A DNA stretch of 11,455 nucleotides, from UHGV virus genome UHGV-0118720, one strand, 5' to 3'. Shown piece after piece: positions 1-8,173 of the stretch. The first letter of the stretch is position 1. Every line of letters begins with the position of its first letter. A model generated the notes under the pieces. It did no database searches. It had not been told where the DNA came from and saw nothing but the letters and a program-made list of their open reading frames with translations. The position numbers were made by a program, and so were the translations under genes. Source of the stretch: a virus.

Positions 1-200
1 ACAACCCAAGCCAGTAAGTGGGGAAATAACACTGGCAGCCACTGAAAGATGAACCTCCTGTCTTATGGCAAAAAAGATTCTTTGTGGTGGCGGACTGATG
101 GAAAGACATCGGTTATTGCAGAGACCATTCAATGAGTGGTCTCGACAATGGCTTATACCCTACACGGGATAACTTAACTGATATCCCTTTTAACGGATAA

Positions 201-455
201 ATGGAGCCAACAATGGCAGAGATTATTCCCATGACTGAAGAACAGAAATTCCAGTTAGAGATTTACAAGCTGGTCATGAACCAGAACGCAGCCGCAGAAG
301 AAGCATTTCAATTCATTGGCACTGACGAGTTGAAGCTTGAGCTATTCAAAATTCACTTCCAGTCAGGCGGCGCTAATTCAGATATCACGACCCGCACTAT
401 CGAAGCGGTGCGTAAATCGAAGGAAGCGTTAGACCTGTTCACTACCGGAGCATAA
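201..455 (+). CDS. Hypothetical small protein (84 aa) immediately upstream of the small terminase gene
   Basis: Intact ORF whose stop lies 2 nt before the small terminase start. ATG at 201 abuts the TAA of a preceding micro-ORF; an alternative ATG at 213 has a better RBS (GGAG at 204-207, 5-nt spacer). No motif recognised. Confidence 0.5.
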   Translation: MEPTMAEIIPMTEEQKFQLEIYKLVMNQNAAAEEAFQFIGTDELKLELFKIHFQSGGANSDITTRTIEAVRKSKEALDLFTTGA

Positions 456-457
456 AC

Positions 458-898
458 ATGGCGCGCCCAACAAAGTATCAAGAGGCGTACGCCGAACAGG
501 CACGCAAACTGTGCTTGCTGGGCTATACAGACGCAGAGCTTGCTGATTTCTTCGAAGTCAGTGAGTCAACTATTAACAAGTGGAAGCTTGATTATCCTAA
601 GTTTTCGGAGTCCATAAAAAAGGGTAAGGCCGTCGCTGATGCAGAAGTTAGTGATCGTCTTTATCAACGCGCTATGGGCTTCGTGGCTCCAGACATCGAT
701 ATTCGTGTTATTGAAAACAGAATTGTCGAAACTCCGCTTGAGAAGTATTACCCGCCTGATACAACCGCCGCCATCTTCTGGCTTAAGAACCGACAGAAGG
801 ATAAATGGCGCGACAAGGTTGATCACGAATTAACAGGCAAAGACGGCGGCGCAATCCAGATTGAAACATCACCGATGAGCACTCTATTCGGAAAATGA
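458..898 (+). CDS. Terminase small subunit (functional equivalent of P22 gp3; not P22 gp3-like in sequence)
   Basis: 146-aa ORF with RBS GGAG at 447-450. Its TGA (896-898) overlaps the large terminase ATG (895-897) as ATGA. Size, position and an HTH-like N-terminal segment (TDAELADFFEVSESTINKWK) fit a small terminase. Confidence 0.75.
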   Translation: MARPTKYQEAYAEQARKLCLLGYTDAELADFFEVSESTINKWKLDYPKFSESIKKGKAVADAEVSDRLYQRAMGFVAPDIDIRVIENRIVETPLEKYYPPDTTAAIFWLKNRQKDKWRDKVDHELTGKDGGAIQIETSPMSTLFGK

Positions 899-2310
899 CC
901 TCGATTAATCCTATCTTTGAACCGTTCATTGAGGCGCATCGCTACAAAGTCGCCAAAGGCGGTCGAGGTAGCGGTAAATCATGGGCAATTGCGAGGCTGC
1001 TTGTTGAGGCGGCGCGTCGGCAGCCTGTGCGTATTCTCTGCGCTCGTGAACTGCAAAACAGTATCAGCGATTCGGTAATCCGGTTGCTTGAAGACACCAT
1101 AGAGCGGGAAGGGTATTCGGCTGAGTTTGAAATTCAGCGTTCAATGATTCGTCATCTCGGAACGAATGCTGAATTCATGTTCTACGGCATAAAAAACAAC
1201 CCGACGAAGATTAAATCGCTCGAAGGCATTGATATCTGCTGGGTGGAAGAAGCGGAAGCGGTAACAAAGGAATCGTGGGATATCCTGATCCCAACCATCC
1301 GTAAGCCGTTCTCTGAAATATGGGTGAGCTTTAACCCGAAGAACATCCTCGACGATACCTATCAGCGATTCGTAGTAAACCCTCCCGATGATATTTGTCT
1401 GCTGACGGTGAACTACACCGACAACCCGCACTTTCCTGAAGTTCTCCGGCTGGAGATGGAAGAGTGTAAACGCAGAAATCCGACACTGTATCGTCACATC
1501 TGGCTTGGTGAGCCGGTAAGCGCAAGTGATATGGCAATCATCAAACGTGAATGGCTTGAAGCCGCAACCGATGCGCACAAGAAACTCGGATGGAAAGCGA
1601 AAGGCGCTGTTGTCTCTGCGCATGACCCATCAGATACAGGGCCAGATGCTAAAGGTTATGCATCGCGTCACGGTTCGGTGGTTAAGCGCATTGCCGAAGG
1701 TCTACTGATGGACATCAACGAGGGTGCTGACTGGGCTACTTCTCTGGCGATTGAAGACGGCGCTGACCACTACCTGTGGGATGGCGATGGCGTTGGTGCC
1801 GGGCTACGCAGACAGACAACGGAAGCATTCTCCGGTAAGAAAATCACCGCCACGATGTTTAAGGGCAGCGAATCGCCGTTCGATGAAGATGCACCGTATC
1901 AGGCCGGAGCATGGGCTGATGAAGTCGTGCAGGGCGACAACGTTCGCACTATTGGCGATGTGTTCCGCAATAAGCGAGCGCAATTCTATTACGCGCTGGC
2001 TGACAGGCTGTATCTGACATATCGGGCGGTTGTCCACGGTGAGTATGCAGACCCCGACGACATGCTGAGTTTCGACAAAGAAGCAATAGGCGAGAAGATG
2101 CTGGAGAAGCTGTTTGCAGAACTTACGCAGATTCAGCGCAAATTCAATAACAACGGGAAGCTGGAGCTTATGACTAAGGTCGAAATGAAGCAGAAGCTCG
2201 GTATTCCATCTCCTAACCTGGCTGATGCGCTGATGATGTGCATGCATTGCCCGGAGTCGGCTGCGCAACCCGACTATTCCAGTTACTCAATTCCTTGTGG
2301 TGTAGGTTGA
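895..2310 (+). CDS. Terminase large subunit (ATPase/nuclease)
   Basis: 471-aa ORF with a Walker A P-loop near the N-terminus (VAKGGRGSGKSWA) and a probable Walker B/acidic segment (DICWVEEAE). Size and position, directly upstream of the portal gene, are typical. Confidence 0.93.
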   Translation: MTSINPIFEPFIEAHRYKVAKGGRGSGKSWAIARLLVEAARRQPVRILCARELQNSISDSVIRLLEDTIEREGYSAEFEIQRSMIRHLGTNAEFMFYGIKNNPTKIKSLEGIDICWVEEAEAVTKESWDILIPTIRKPFSEIWVSFNPKNILDDTYQRFVVNPPDDICLLTVNYTDNPHFPEVLRLEMEECKRRNPTLYRHIWLGEPVSASDMAIIKREWLEAATDAHKKLGWKAKGAVVSAHDPSDTGPDAKGYASRHGSVVKRIAEGLLMDINEGADWATSLAIEDGADHYLWDGDGVGAGLRRQTTEAFSGKKITATMFKGSESPFDEDAPYQAGAWADEVVQGDNVRTIGDVFRNKRAQFYYALADRLYLTYRAVVHGEYADPDDMLSFDKEAIGEKMLEKLFAELTQIQRKFNNNGKLELMTKVEMKQKLGIPSPNLADALMMCMHCPESAAQPDYSSYSIPCGVG

Positions 2311-2311
2311 T

Positions 2312-4510
2312 ATGGCAGAAAAAAAGATGACTGACTGGCATCGCAAGGTGCTGTGCAACTTTGATAATGCCTGGTCAGCAACGCAGGATATGCGTGAGCA
2401 GATTATTGAGGCTCAACGTTTCGTCAGGGTGTCCGGCGCACAGTGGGAAGGTAGCACAAACGCTGGTTACTCGTTTGATGAGGGCAGGTTTGAGCATTAC
2501 CCGCGCTTTGAACTGAATAAGATTGCCCGTGAATGTGATCGCATCATTGGCGAGTATCGACAGAATCGCATCAGCGTTAAATTCAGACCGAAGGACGATA
2601 AGGCATCGGAAGCGTTAGCCGAAAAGATGAACGGCAAATTCCGCGCTGATTATCAGGAAACATCCGGTGGCGAAGCGTGTGATAACGCATTTGATGATGC
2701 TGTAACGGGCGGATTTGGTTGTTTCCGCATGTGTGCCGATTACGAAGATGAAATGGATCCGAGTAACGAGCAGCGACGCATCAGCCTTCTTCCTGTTTAC
2801 GACCCAGCGACATGCGTCTTCTTCGATCAGGACAGCAAACAATATGACCGCTCTGATGCTATGTGGGCTATGGAAATGTTCTCCATGACGCCCAAAGCGT
2901 TCGAGGCTGAATACCCTGATTCCATCGCGGCAAGCCTTTCTCGAGATGACACTGGCACTCAATATGACTGGTCAACGCCAGATGCCATCTATGTTGGACG
3001 CTACTACGAAGTTCGCATAGAGAAGGTGAAGCTCACGGCGTGGCGCAACCCTGTTAGCGGAGAAACGGCAATCTATGATGAAGAGCAAATCAAAGATGTT
3101 GTTGACGAGCTGACCGATGGCGCATTCGAACTGATTGGTGAGCGGACAGTGAAGAAACGCCGAGTTTATTGCGGTCTTCTGTCTGGTGCTGAATGGCTGG
3201 AAGAGCCGAAGCGTATTCCGGGCGAACATATTCCTCTCATCCCGGTATATGGGCGTCGTTCATTTGTTGATAATCAGGAGCGAATCGAAGGCCACGCAGC
3301 AAAAGCGATGGATGCGCAGCGTCTTGAGAACCTGATGGTTTCCATGATTGCAGATAACGCTACTCAGGCTGGCGGTGATGGCATTCCTGTAGTTGATGTT
3401 GACATGATTCCTGGTCCTCTCGCCACTCATTGGGCAGAGCGCAACAAAAAGCGCCCGGCGTTCCTGCCGATGGTCAGTCTGAAAAACAAAAACGGAGATA
3501 TTACTGCGCAGGCTCAGGTCAGCAGTTATACGCCTCCGACACAAATGCCTCCAGCTCTTGCCGGGCTATTGCAGTACACCGGAACGGCTATTCAGCAAAT
3601 TACAGGTGCGTCGCAGCTTGAGAACATGCCGAGCAACGTCGCCACCGATACCGTTGATAGCATCTTTAACCGGATGGATACGCAGTCCTATATCTACATG
3701 GACAACATGGCTAAATCCATGCGTCGCGCTGGCGTTGTGTGGCTTTCTATGGCGCGTGAGGTCTATGGCAGTGATACGCCGATGCGTATCGTTAATGAGG
3801 ACGGCAGCGATGACGTGGCGCTGATGACTGGTGAAGTGGTTGACCGTCAGACAGGGCAGGTTATCGCGCTTAATGACCTTTCGCAGGGCAACTATGAAGT
3901 GACTGTCGATGTCGGTCAGTCGTTCGCTACTCGCCGTGATGCAACGGTTAAGTCGTTACTTTCCATGCTGGCACTTATCCCGCCAGGAACGCCGAAGCAT
4001 GACCTTGTATCGTCGATGATTCTCGACAATATGGACGGCGAAGGGATGGACGACCTGAAAGAATACAACCGCAATCAGTTGCTTCTGTCTGGAGTTATCA
4101 AGCCGAGAACACCAGAAGAACAGCAGATGGTTGAGCAGGCGAAACAACAACAGGCCAGTCAGCCAGATCCGGCTATGGTTGCAGCGCAAGGTCAGCTTCT
4201 TGCAGGTCAGGCTGAATTGCAGAAAGCGCAGAACGAACAGGCAGCCATTCAGGTTAAAGCATTCCAGGCACAGACTGATGCTCAGGTTGCAGCGGCAAAC
4301 GTTGTGAAAATCCTCGCATCTGCCGATAGCCAGCAGAAATCTGATATCCGCGAGGCTCTGAAACTGCTCGGACAGTTCCAGCAACAGCAAGGAGACAATG
4401 CCCGTGCTGATGCAGAGCTTGTCCTGAAAAGTCAGGCACAGGGCCATGCGCAGCGCATGGACATCAGCAGCATCCTGCAAAAATCAACTCAGCAACAAGC
4501 ACAGCAGTAA
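2312..4510 (+). CDS. Portal protein (P22 gp1-like, with C-terminal helical barrel extension)
   Basis: 732-aa ORF starting 1 nt after the terminase stop. Segments such as KKRRVYCGLL...GEHIPLIPVYG and the C-terminal PEEQQ...DPAMVAAQGQLLAGQAELQKAQN...RMDISSILQ match my recollection of P22 gp1 (about 725 aa). The C-terminus is Gln/Ala-rich and helical. Confidence 0.93.
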   Translation: MAEKKMTDWHRKVLCNFDNAWSATQDMREQIIEAQRFVRVSGAQWEGSTNAGYSFDEGRFEHYPRFELNKIARECDRIIGEYRQNRISVKFRPKDDKASEALAEKMNGKFRADYQETSGGEACDNAFDDAVTGGFGCFRMCADYEDEMDPSNEQRRISLLPVYDPATCVFFDQDSKQYDRSDAMWAMEMFSMTPKAFEAEYPDSIAASLSRDDTGTQYDWSTPDAIYVGRYYEVRIEKVKLTAWRNPVSGETAIYDEEQIKDVVDELTDGAFELIGERTVKKRRVYCGLLSGAEWLEEPKRIPGEHIPLIPVYGRRSFVDNQERIEGHAAKAMDAQRLENLMVSMIADNATQAGGDGIPVVDVDMIPGPLATHWAERNKKRPAFLPMVSLKNKNGDITAQAQVSSYTPPTQMPPALAGLLQYTGTAIQQITGASQLENMPSNVATDTVDSIFNRMDTQSYIYMDNMAKSMRRAGVVWLSMAREVYGSDTPMRIVNEDGSDDVALMTGEVVDRQTGQVIALNDLSQGNYEVTVDVGQSFATRRDATVKSLLSMLALIPPGTPKHDLVSSMILDNMDGEGMDDLKEYNRNQLLLSGVIKPRTPEEQQMVEQAKQQQASQPDPAMVAAQGQLLAGQAELQKAQNEQAAIQVKAFQAQTDAQVAAANVVKILASADSQQKSDIREALKLLGQFQQQQGDNARADAELVLKSQAQGHAQRMDISSILQKSTQQQAQQ

Positions 4511-4600
4511 TTAACTCATAACGTGCAATGGCTGTCTTTATGAGGCCTGGCACCCTATTGCCTTCCGATGGGCTGAACATCGAGTAAACAGGGGTAACAA

Positions 4601-5494
4601 ATGGACCAGATGGCAGAAAACACACCAGAAGTTGAAATCGAACCCGACGCGTCAGAGCAGATTCCTGATGATGTCGAACTGGCTGAAGAAGTCGAAAAAG
4701 CAGATGGCAGTGAGTCCTCAGGAAATGATGCAGAGGAAGATACTGACACTGATGACGACGAATCAGAACAGGAATTCTACTTTGGTGACGAAAAGCTGGA
4801 TTCGCCAACCAGCGAAGATGGCGCAGAGCATGGACTGGTAAAACACCTGCGCAAGACGATTAAAGAGAAAGACCGTGAGCTGAAAGAGCTGATGCGTCAG
4901 TCTCAGAAACCCGTCGAGCAGCAGCCGGTAATCACTCAACCACCGCGAATGCCAAAACTGGATGATGAGGACATCGGTTTCGATGAAGAAATCTACCAGC
5001 AACGCATGGCTAAGTGGGCAGAGGATAACGGCAAGTACCAGCAACAGGAGATGGCTCGCAAGCAGAAGGAGCAGGAGCTTCAGGCTGCCTATCAAGATCG
5101 ATTATCCAAATATCAGCAACGTGTTAAGGCTCTCAAAGTTCCTGGCTATCAGGAAGCTGAGCAGGCCGTACTCGAGGAAATTCCCATCGAGACACAAAAC
5201 GCGATCCTGTTTGAGTCAGAGAAGCCGGAAATCGTTGTTCTGGCGCTCGGTCGCAACGCTGAACTGCGCAAGCAACTGGCAGAAGCTACCAACCCCGTAG
5301 CAATTGGTCGTCTGCTGGAACGTATCGAATCGAAGGCCAGAATCATGCCAAAAGCAAAAACCACGGCAGCCACAACCCCGACAGTTAAGGGGAGCAACGG
5401 CGCAGTAATCAACAACCTCGACAAATTGAAAGCCAAGGCGCTGGAAACTGGTGACTGGACGCCGTATTTCGCCGCTAAAAAGGCAAAAAAATAA
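4601..5494 (+). CDS. Scaffolding protein (P22 gp8-like)
   Basis: 297-aa ORF between portal and coat genes, RBS GGGG at 4591-4594. It has a strongly acidic N-terminal third, charged helical middle, and a basic C-terminal coat-binding-like tail (DKLKAKALETGDWTPYFAAKKAKK). Size is close to P22 gp8. Confidence 0.85.
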   Translation: MDQMAENTPEVEIEPDASEQIPDDVELAEEVEKADGSESSGNDAEEDTDTDDDESEQEFYFGDEKLDSPTSEDGAEHGLVKHLRKTIKEKDRELKELMRQSQKPVEQQPVITQPPRMPKLDDEDIGFDEEIYQQRMAKWAEDNGKYQQQEMARKQKEQELQAAYQDRLSKYQQRVKALKVPGYQEAEQAVLEEIPIETQNAILFESEKPEIVVLALGRNAELRKQLAEATNPVAIGRLLERIESKARIMPKAKTTAATTPTVKGSNGAVINNLDKLKAKALETGDWTPYFAAKKAKK

Positions 5495-5512
5495 CCTATC
5501 GGAGCATTAAGC

Positions 5513-6766
5513 ATGGCTAACCAATTAGCAAAAGACCTTGAAATCATGTTCGAAAACTACGTTGAAGGCTTTGAGGCCGCCTGCGTAGTTTCCCGTAACG
5601 CTAAAAAATTCCGTCCCGGTGATACAGCAATGCAGCGAGCAGGTGATGTTCTGTATCGTCCGCAGCATTACCACATGAACATTGAAGAAGGCCTCGATCT
5701 CAGCAGCAAAACGCCAACAGCACTGGTTCAGCGCCTTGTTCCTTCTGTGTTCAAGGAGCCGAAAAACATTCTGTACACTCTGGATGCGCGTGAAATGCGT
5801 GACCCTGAGCATAAAACTGAAGCTGGTCGCGCCGCAGGTATGCGCCTTGCTGCACAGATTGACTCTGACCTGATTTCCATGGTCACGCAGCGTGCTACTA
5901 ACGTGATCACAATGGCTGACTCAACCACTGGTTCACAGGGCCGTGATTTGTGGAACTGTGCGGCAGGTATTGATGCCACCATGACGGCGATTGGTGTACC
6001 ACAGGGTATCAACCGCCGCTCTTTCTGGAACCCCTTCAACTACAAAGACCTTGCTGGCGAGCTTGGTCACCGTGCCTATGCTCAGGGCGCAACCCTGACA
6101 GCATACGAAAAAGCGCAGATCCCTCCGGTTGCTTCCTTTGATAGCTACAAGACCGATATTTCTGGTCGTGTTCCGAAGGGTACAGCAACTTCCCTGACGC
6201 TGGCGGCTGAACCTGCGCACAAGGTTGAAGCGAAAGATGCCAACGATATGCCAGTGGATAACCGACAGGGGACCATTACGGTATCTGCATCTGGTTTGCA
6301 GGTTGGCGATGCGTTCACCATTGCAGGGGTGAATTCCGTACACCAGATCACCAAAGATACCACCGGGCAGCCGCAGGTATTCCGCGTTCTGGCAGTAAGC
6401 GGAACGACAGTAACTATCTCCCCGAAAATTCTGCCGCCTGACAACGCGGATGTCGCCAGCCGACCATATGCAAACGTTGATGCTAACGCGGCAAATGGTG
6501 CAGCAATTACCATTCTCAACAAAAATGCCGCACCGGCTAACCTGTTCTGGGCTGATGGTTCTGTTGAACTGATGTACGGCAAACTGGCGTTCCCGACTGG
6601 TCAGGGTCCACAGGTAATGACAGCAACCACCGAGCAGGGCGCTACGCTGATCATGTCTTACGCCTTCGACCACATCAAAGGTGTAACCACAGCTCGTTTC
6701 ACCACTCTGTACGGTTGCTCGGTACTGGTTCCTGAATATACGGGCATCGTTATTGCCGGGCAGTAA
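5513..6766 (+). CDS. Major coat (capsid) protein (P22 gp5-like)
   Basis: 417-aa ORF with RBS GGAG at 5501-5504, following the scaffold gene and followed by a strong hairpin terminator. Size and position match P22-like coat proteins; a conserved-looking motif FWADGSVEL is present. Confidence 0.9.
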   Translation: MANQLAKDLEIMFENYVEGFEAACVVSRNAKKFRPGDTAMQRAGDVLYRPQHYHMNIEEGLDLSSKTPTALVQRLVPSVFKEPKNILYTLDAREMRDPEHKTEAGRAAGMRLAAQIDSDLISMVTQRATNVITMADSTTGSQGRDLWNCAAGIDATMTAIGVPQGINRRSFWNPFNYKDLAGELGHRAYAQGATLTAYEKAQIPPVASFDSYKTDISGRVPKGTATSLTLAAEPAHKVEAKDANDMPVDNRQGTITVSASGLQVGDAFTIAGVNSVHQITKDTTGQPQVFRVLAVSGTTVTISPKILPPDNADVASRPYANVDANAANGAAITILNKNAAPANLFWADGSVELMYGKLAFPTGQGPQVMTATTEQGATLIMSYAFDHIKGVTTARFTTLYGCSVLVPEYTGIVIAGQ

Positions 6767-6772
6767 TTTTGG

Positions 6773-6796
6773 TGGGGCTTCGGCCCCATTTTTATT
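6773..6796. terminator. Rho-independent terminator candidate downstream of the coat gene
   Basis: Perfect 6-bp GC-rich stem TGGGGC/GCCCCA (6773-6778 and 6783-6788) with a TTCG tetraloop (6779-6782), followed by a T-run (6789-6793). It starts 7 nt after the coat stop codon. Confidence 0.65.
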
Positions 6797-6807
6797 GGGA
6801 GAAGGCA

Positions 6808-6996
6808 ATGGCACGAACAATGCTCTATAAGCCTGGCAACATGATCACCTGTGGTCAGTTTGCTGTCGATTACATCATTGTTGATGACGAAGAAGTTAAA
6901 TCTCACCTGAAAAAAGGTTGGGTAAAAACTCCTGAAGAAACCGCAACGAAGCAAAAAGTGGCTAAGGCGGAAGAAGATGGCGAAAACGAAGGGTGA
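6808..6996 (+). CDS. Hypothetical small protein (62 aa) between the coat and gp4-like genes
   Basis: ATG at 6808 preceded by GGGAGAAGG (6797-6805). The ORF track's TTG start at 6769 lies inside the terminator hairpin and is unlikely. The 3' end overlaps the gp4-like gene start by 20 nt in another frame. C-terminus is Lys/Glu-rich. Confidence 0.45.
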   Translation: MARTMLYKPGNMITCGQFAVDYIIVDDEEVKSHLKKGWVKTPEETATKQKVAKAEEDGENEG

Positions 6997-7438
6997 TCTC
7001 GTTCTAAAGGCTTTACGAAAAGCCGGGCTGTATTCCAATGCCACGTTGACAGATGCTGACCCTCAGGCAATTGAAGATGCCATTAATGACCTCGAAGACA
7101 TGATGGCAGCATGGCAGGCGAAAGGTATCGAGCTTGGGTATCAGTTTGCTGATACAGAAAACGGCATCATGCCGTTACCTGACGATGATTCAGGTATCCC
7201 TGCATGGGCAAATGATGGCGTCGCTTTGAAACTCGCTGTGCAAGTGTGCATGGATAACGTCATTCAGCCGTCGGATGCTCTCCTTACCGCTGCTGACTGT
7301 GCATATCAGACAATCTGTATCGCTTTAACCAAAATACCACCACTTGAGCGGCGAAATGACATGCCTCGCGGTAGTGGTAACAAAAGCGCGTTTACGTGGA
7401 ATCGGTTTTACATCGAGAAAGATGATCCGAGTACGTGA
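6977..7438 (+). CDS. Head-to-tail adaptor / portal-closure protein (P22 gp4-like)
   Basis: 153-aa ORF. The N-terminus KTKGDLVLKALRKAGLYSNATLTDADPQAIEDAINDLEDMMAAW and C-terminal PRGSGN motif match my recollection of P22 gp4. It is syntenic between the coat and gp10-like genes. Confidence 0.88.
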   Translation: MAKTKGDLVLKALRKAGLYSNATLTDADPQAIEDAINDLEDMMAAWQAKGIELGYQFADTENGIMPLPDDDSGIPAWANDGVALKLAVQVCMDNVIQPSDALLTAADCAYQTICIALTKIPPLERRNDMPRGSGNKSAFTWNRFYIEKDDPST

Positions 7439-7447
7439 GGTGAATAA

Positions 7448-7552
7448 ATGCCGATTCAGCAACTTCCGCTTATGAAAGGTGTCGGCAAAGATTTCCGAAA
7501 CGCTGACTATATCGACTATCTGCCAGTGAATATGCTGGCAATTTTGATATAA
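7448..7552 (+). pseudogene. Truncated 5' remnant (34 codons) of the gp10-like tail-hub gene, displaced by the insertion
   Basis: RBS GAGG at 7437-7440, then [31 protein letters not shown] followed by ILI and a stop. The first 31 codons align codon-for-codon with the start of the full-length gene at 8121; similarity ends exactly at 7540/7541. Confidence 0.8.
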
Positions 7553-7553
7553 T
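7545..7553 (+). promoter_or_regulatory. Candidate extended -10 promoter element (TGaTATAAT) for the endonuclease gene
   Basis: TG at 7545-7546 and a perfect TATAAT at 7548-7553, about 36 nt upstream of the endonuclease ATG. No good -35 is seen, which extended -10 promoters often lack. Motif match only. Confidence 0.35.
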
Positions 7554-7588
7554 AAGTACATGAAAAATCGAAACTTTAAGGAGTAGAT

Positions 7589-8173
7589 ATGCTTTCTGAG
7601 AATGCTAAAGATATACCTGGATTTGAAGGTGTTTATGCCGTAACAGAAGATGGCAGGGTATATTCTCACTCACGTGTTGTTAAGGCTGCGCATGGCAGCA
7701 CGCAACTCAGAAAGGGGCGCTGGTTAAAGCCTAAAATCAATCAGGGAAGGGTGCTTTATAATATCGGAGCAAAATGGACTTTTGCCCATCGAATCGTTGC
7801 AATGACATTCCTGCCAAATCCTGAAAACAAGCCTCAGGTAAATCATATTGATGGCAATCCACTCAATAATAACGTCAATAATCTTGAGTGGTGCACTCAA
7901 AGCGAAAACATCAAACATGCATACGCCACCGGATTAAAGAAGCCAATCAAGTTTTTCGGAACCAAGCACCCAAAACACAAGTTGAGTGATGACGATGTTC
8001 TTGCAATCAAGTCATCAAAAGAAAGCTTGTCAGTAATTGCGGCTAAGTACGGGATATCTAAGACCTGGGCAAGTAGGCTAAAGCGTGATGCTAACTGGGT
8101 TCATATAAAGGTTGATTCCAATGGCAATACAACAACTACCACTAATGAAGGGATTGGGGAAAAGTGCGGTTAA
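7589..8173 (+). CDS. HNH homing endonuclease (NUMOD4-like N-terminal motif, HNH_3-type catalytic core, C-terminal HTH-like DNA-binding module)
   Basis: Own RBS AAGGAG at 7578-7583, 5-nt spacer. Motifs: IPGFEGVYAVTEDGRVYS (NUMOD4-like), HRIVAMTF...VNHIDGNPLNNNVNNLEWCTQSENIKH (HNH core), LSDDDVLAIKSSKESLSVIAAKYGISKTWASRLKR (HTH-like). The last 18 codons overlap the gp10-like gene start out of frame. Confidence 0.85.
   Translation: MLSENAKDIPGFEGVYAVTEDGRVYSHSRVVKAAHGSTQLRKGRWLKPKINQGRVLYNIGAKWTFAHRIVAMTFLPNPENKPQVNHIDGNPLNNNVNNLEWCTQSENIKHAYATGLKKPIKFFGTKHPKHKLSDDDVLAIKSSKESLSVIAAKYGISKTWASRLKRDANWVHIKVDSNGNTTTTTNEGIGEKCG

Noticed and set aside
458-898. Attempt to locate the pac site within the small-terminase gene
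   Set aside because: No sequence could be confidently identified by eye; pac sites are family-specific and need experimental end-mapping.
4632-5300. Alternative-frame + strand ORFs inside the scaffold gene (4632..4841, 4962..5300)
   Set aside because: They are embedded in the scaffold reading frame, which has the coherent start, RBS and expected protein character. The overlapping frames encode low-complexity, basic, implausible proteins.
5933-6820. 295-aa reverse-strand ORF, and other reverse-strand ORFs such as 1141..1623, 3956..4480 and 9898..10623
   Set aside because: All lie entirely within or across strongly supported + strand genes (coat, terminase, portal, needle/gp14). They have no RBS context or recognisable motifs and are typical shadow ORFs.
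8112-8120. ORF-track start of the tail-hub gene at TTG 8112, and of the small inter-genic ORF at TTG 6769
   Set aside because: ATG 8121 gives an N-terminus that aligns with the upstream remnant. TTG 6769 lies inside the terminator hairpin, whereas ATG 6808 has a proper RBS.
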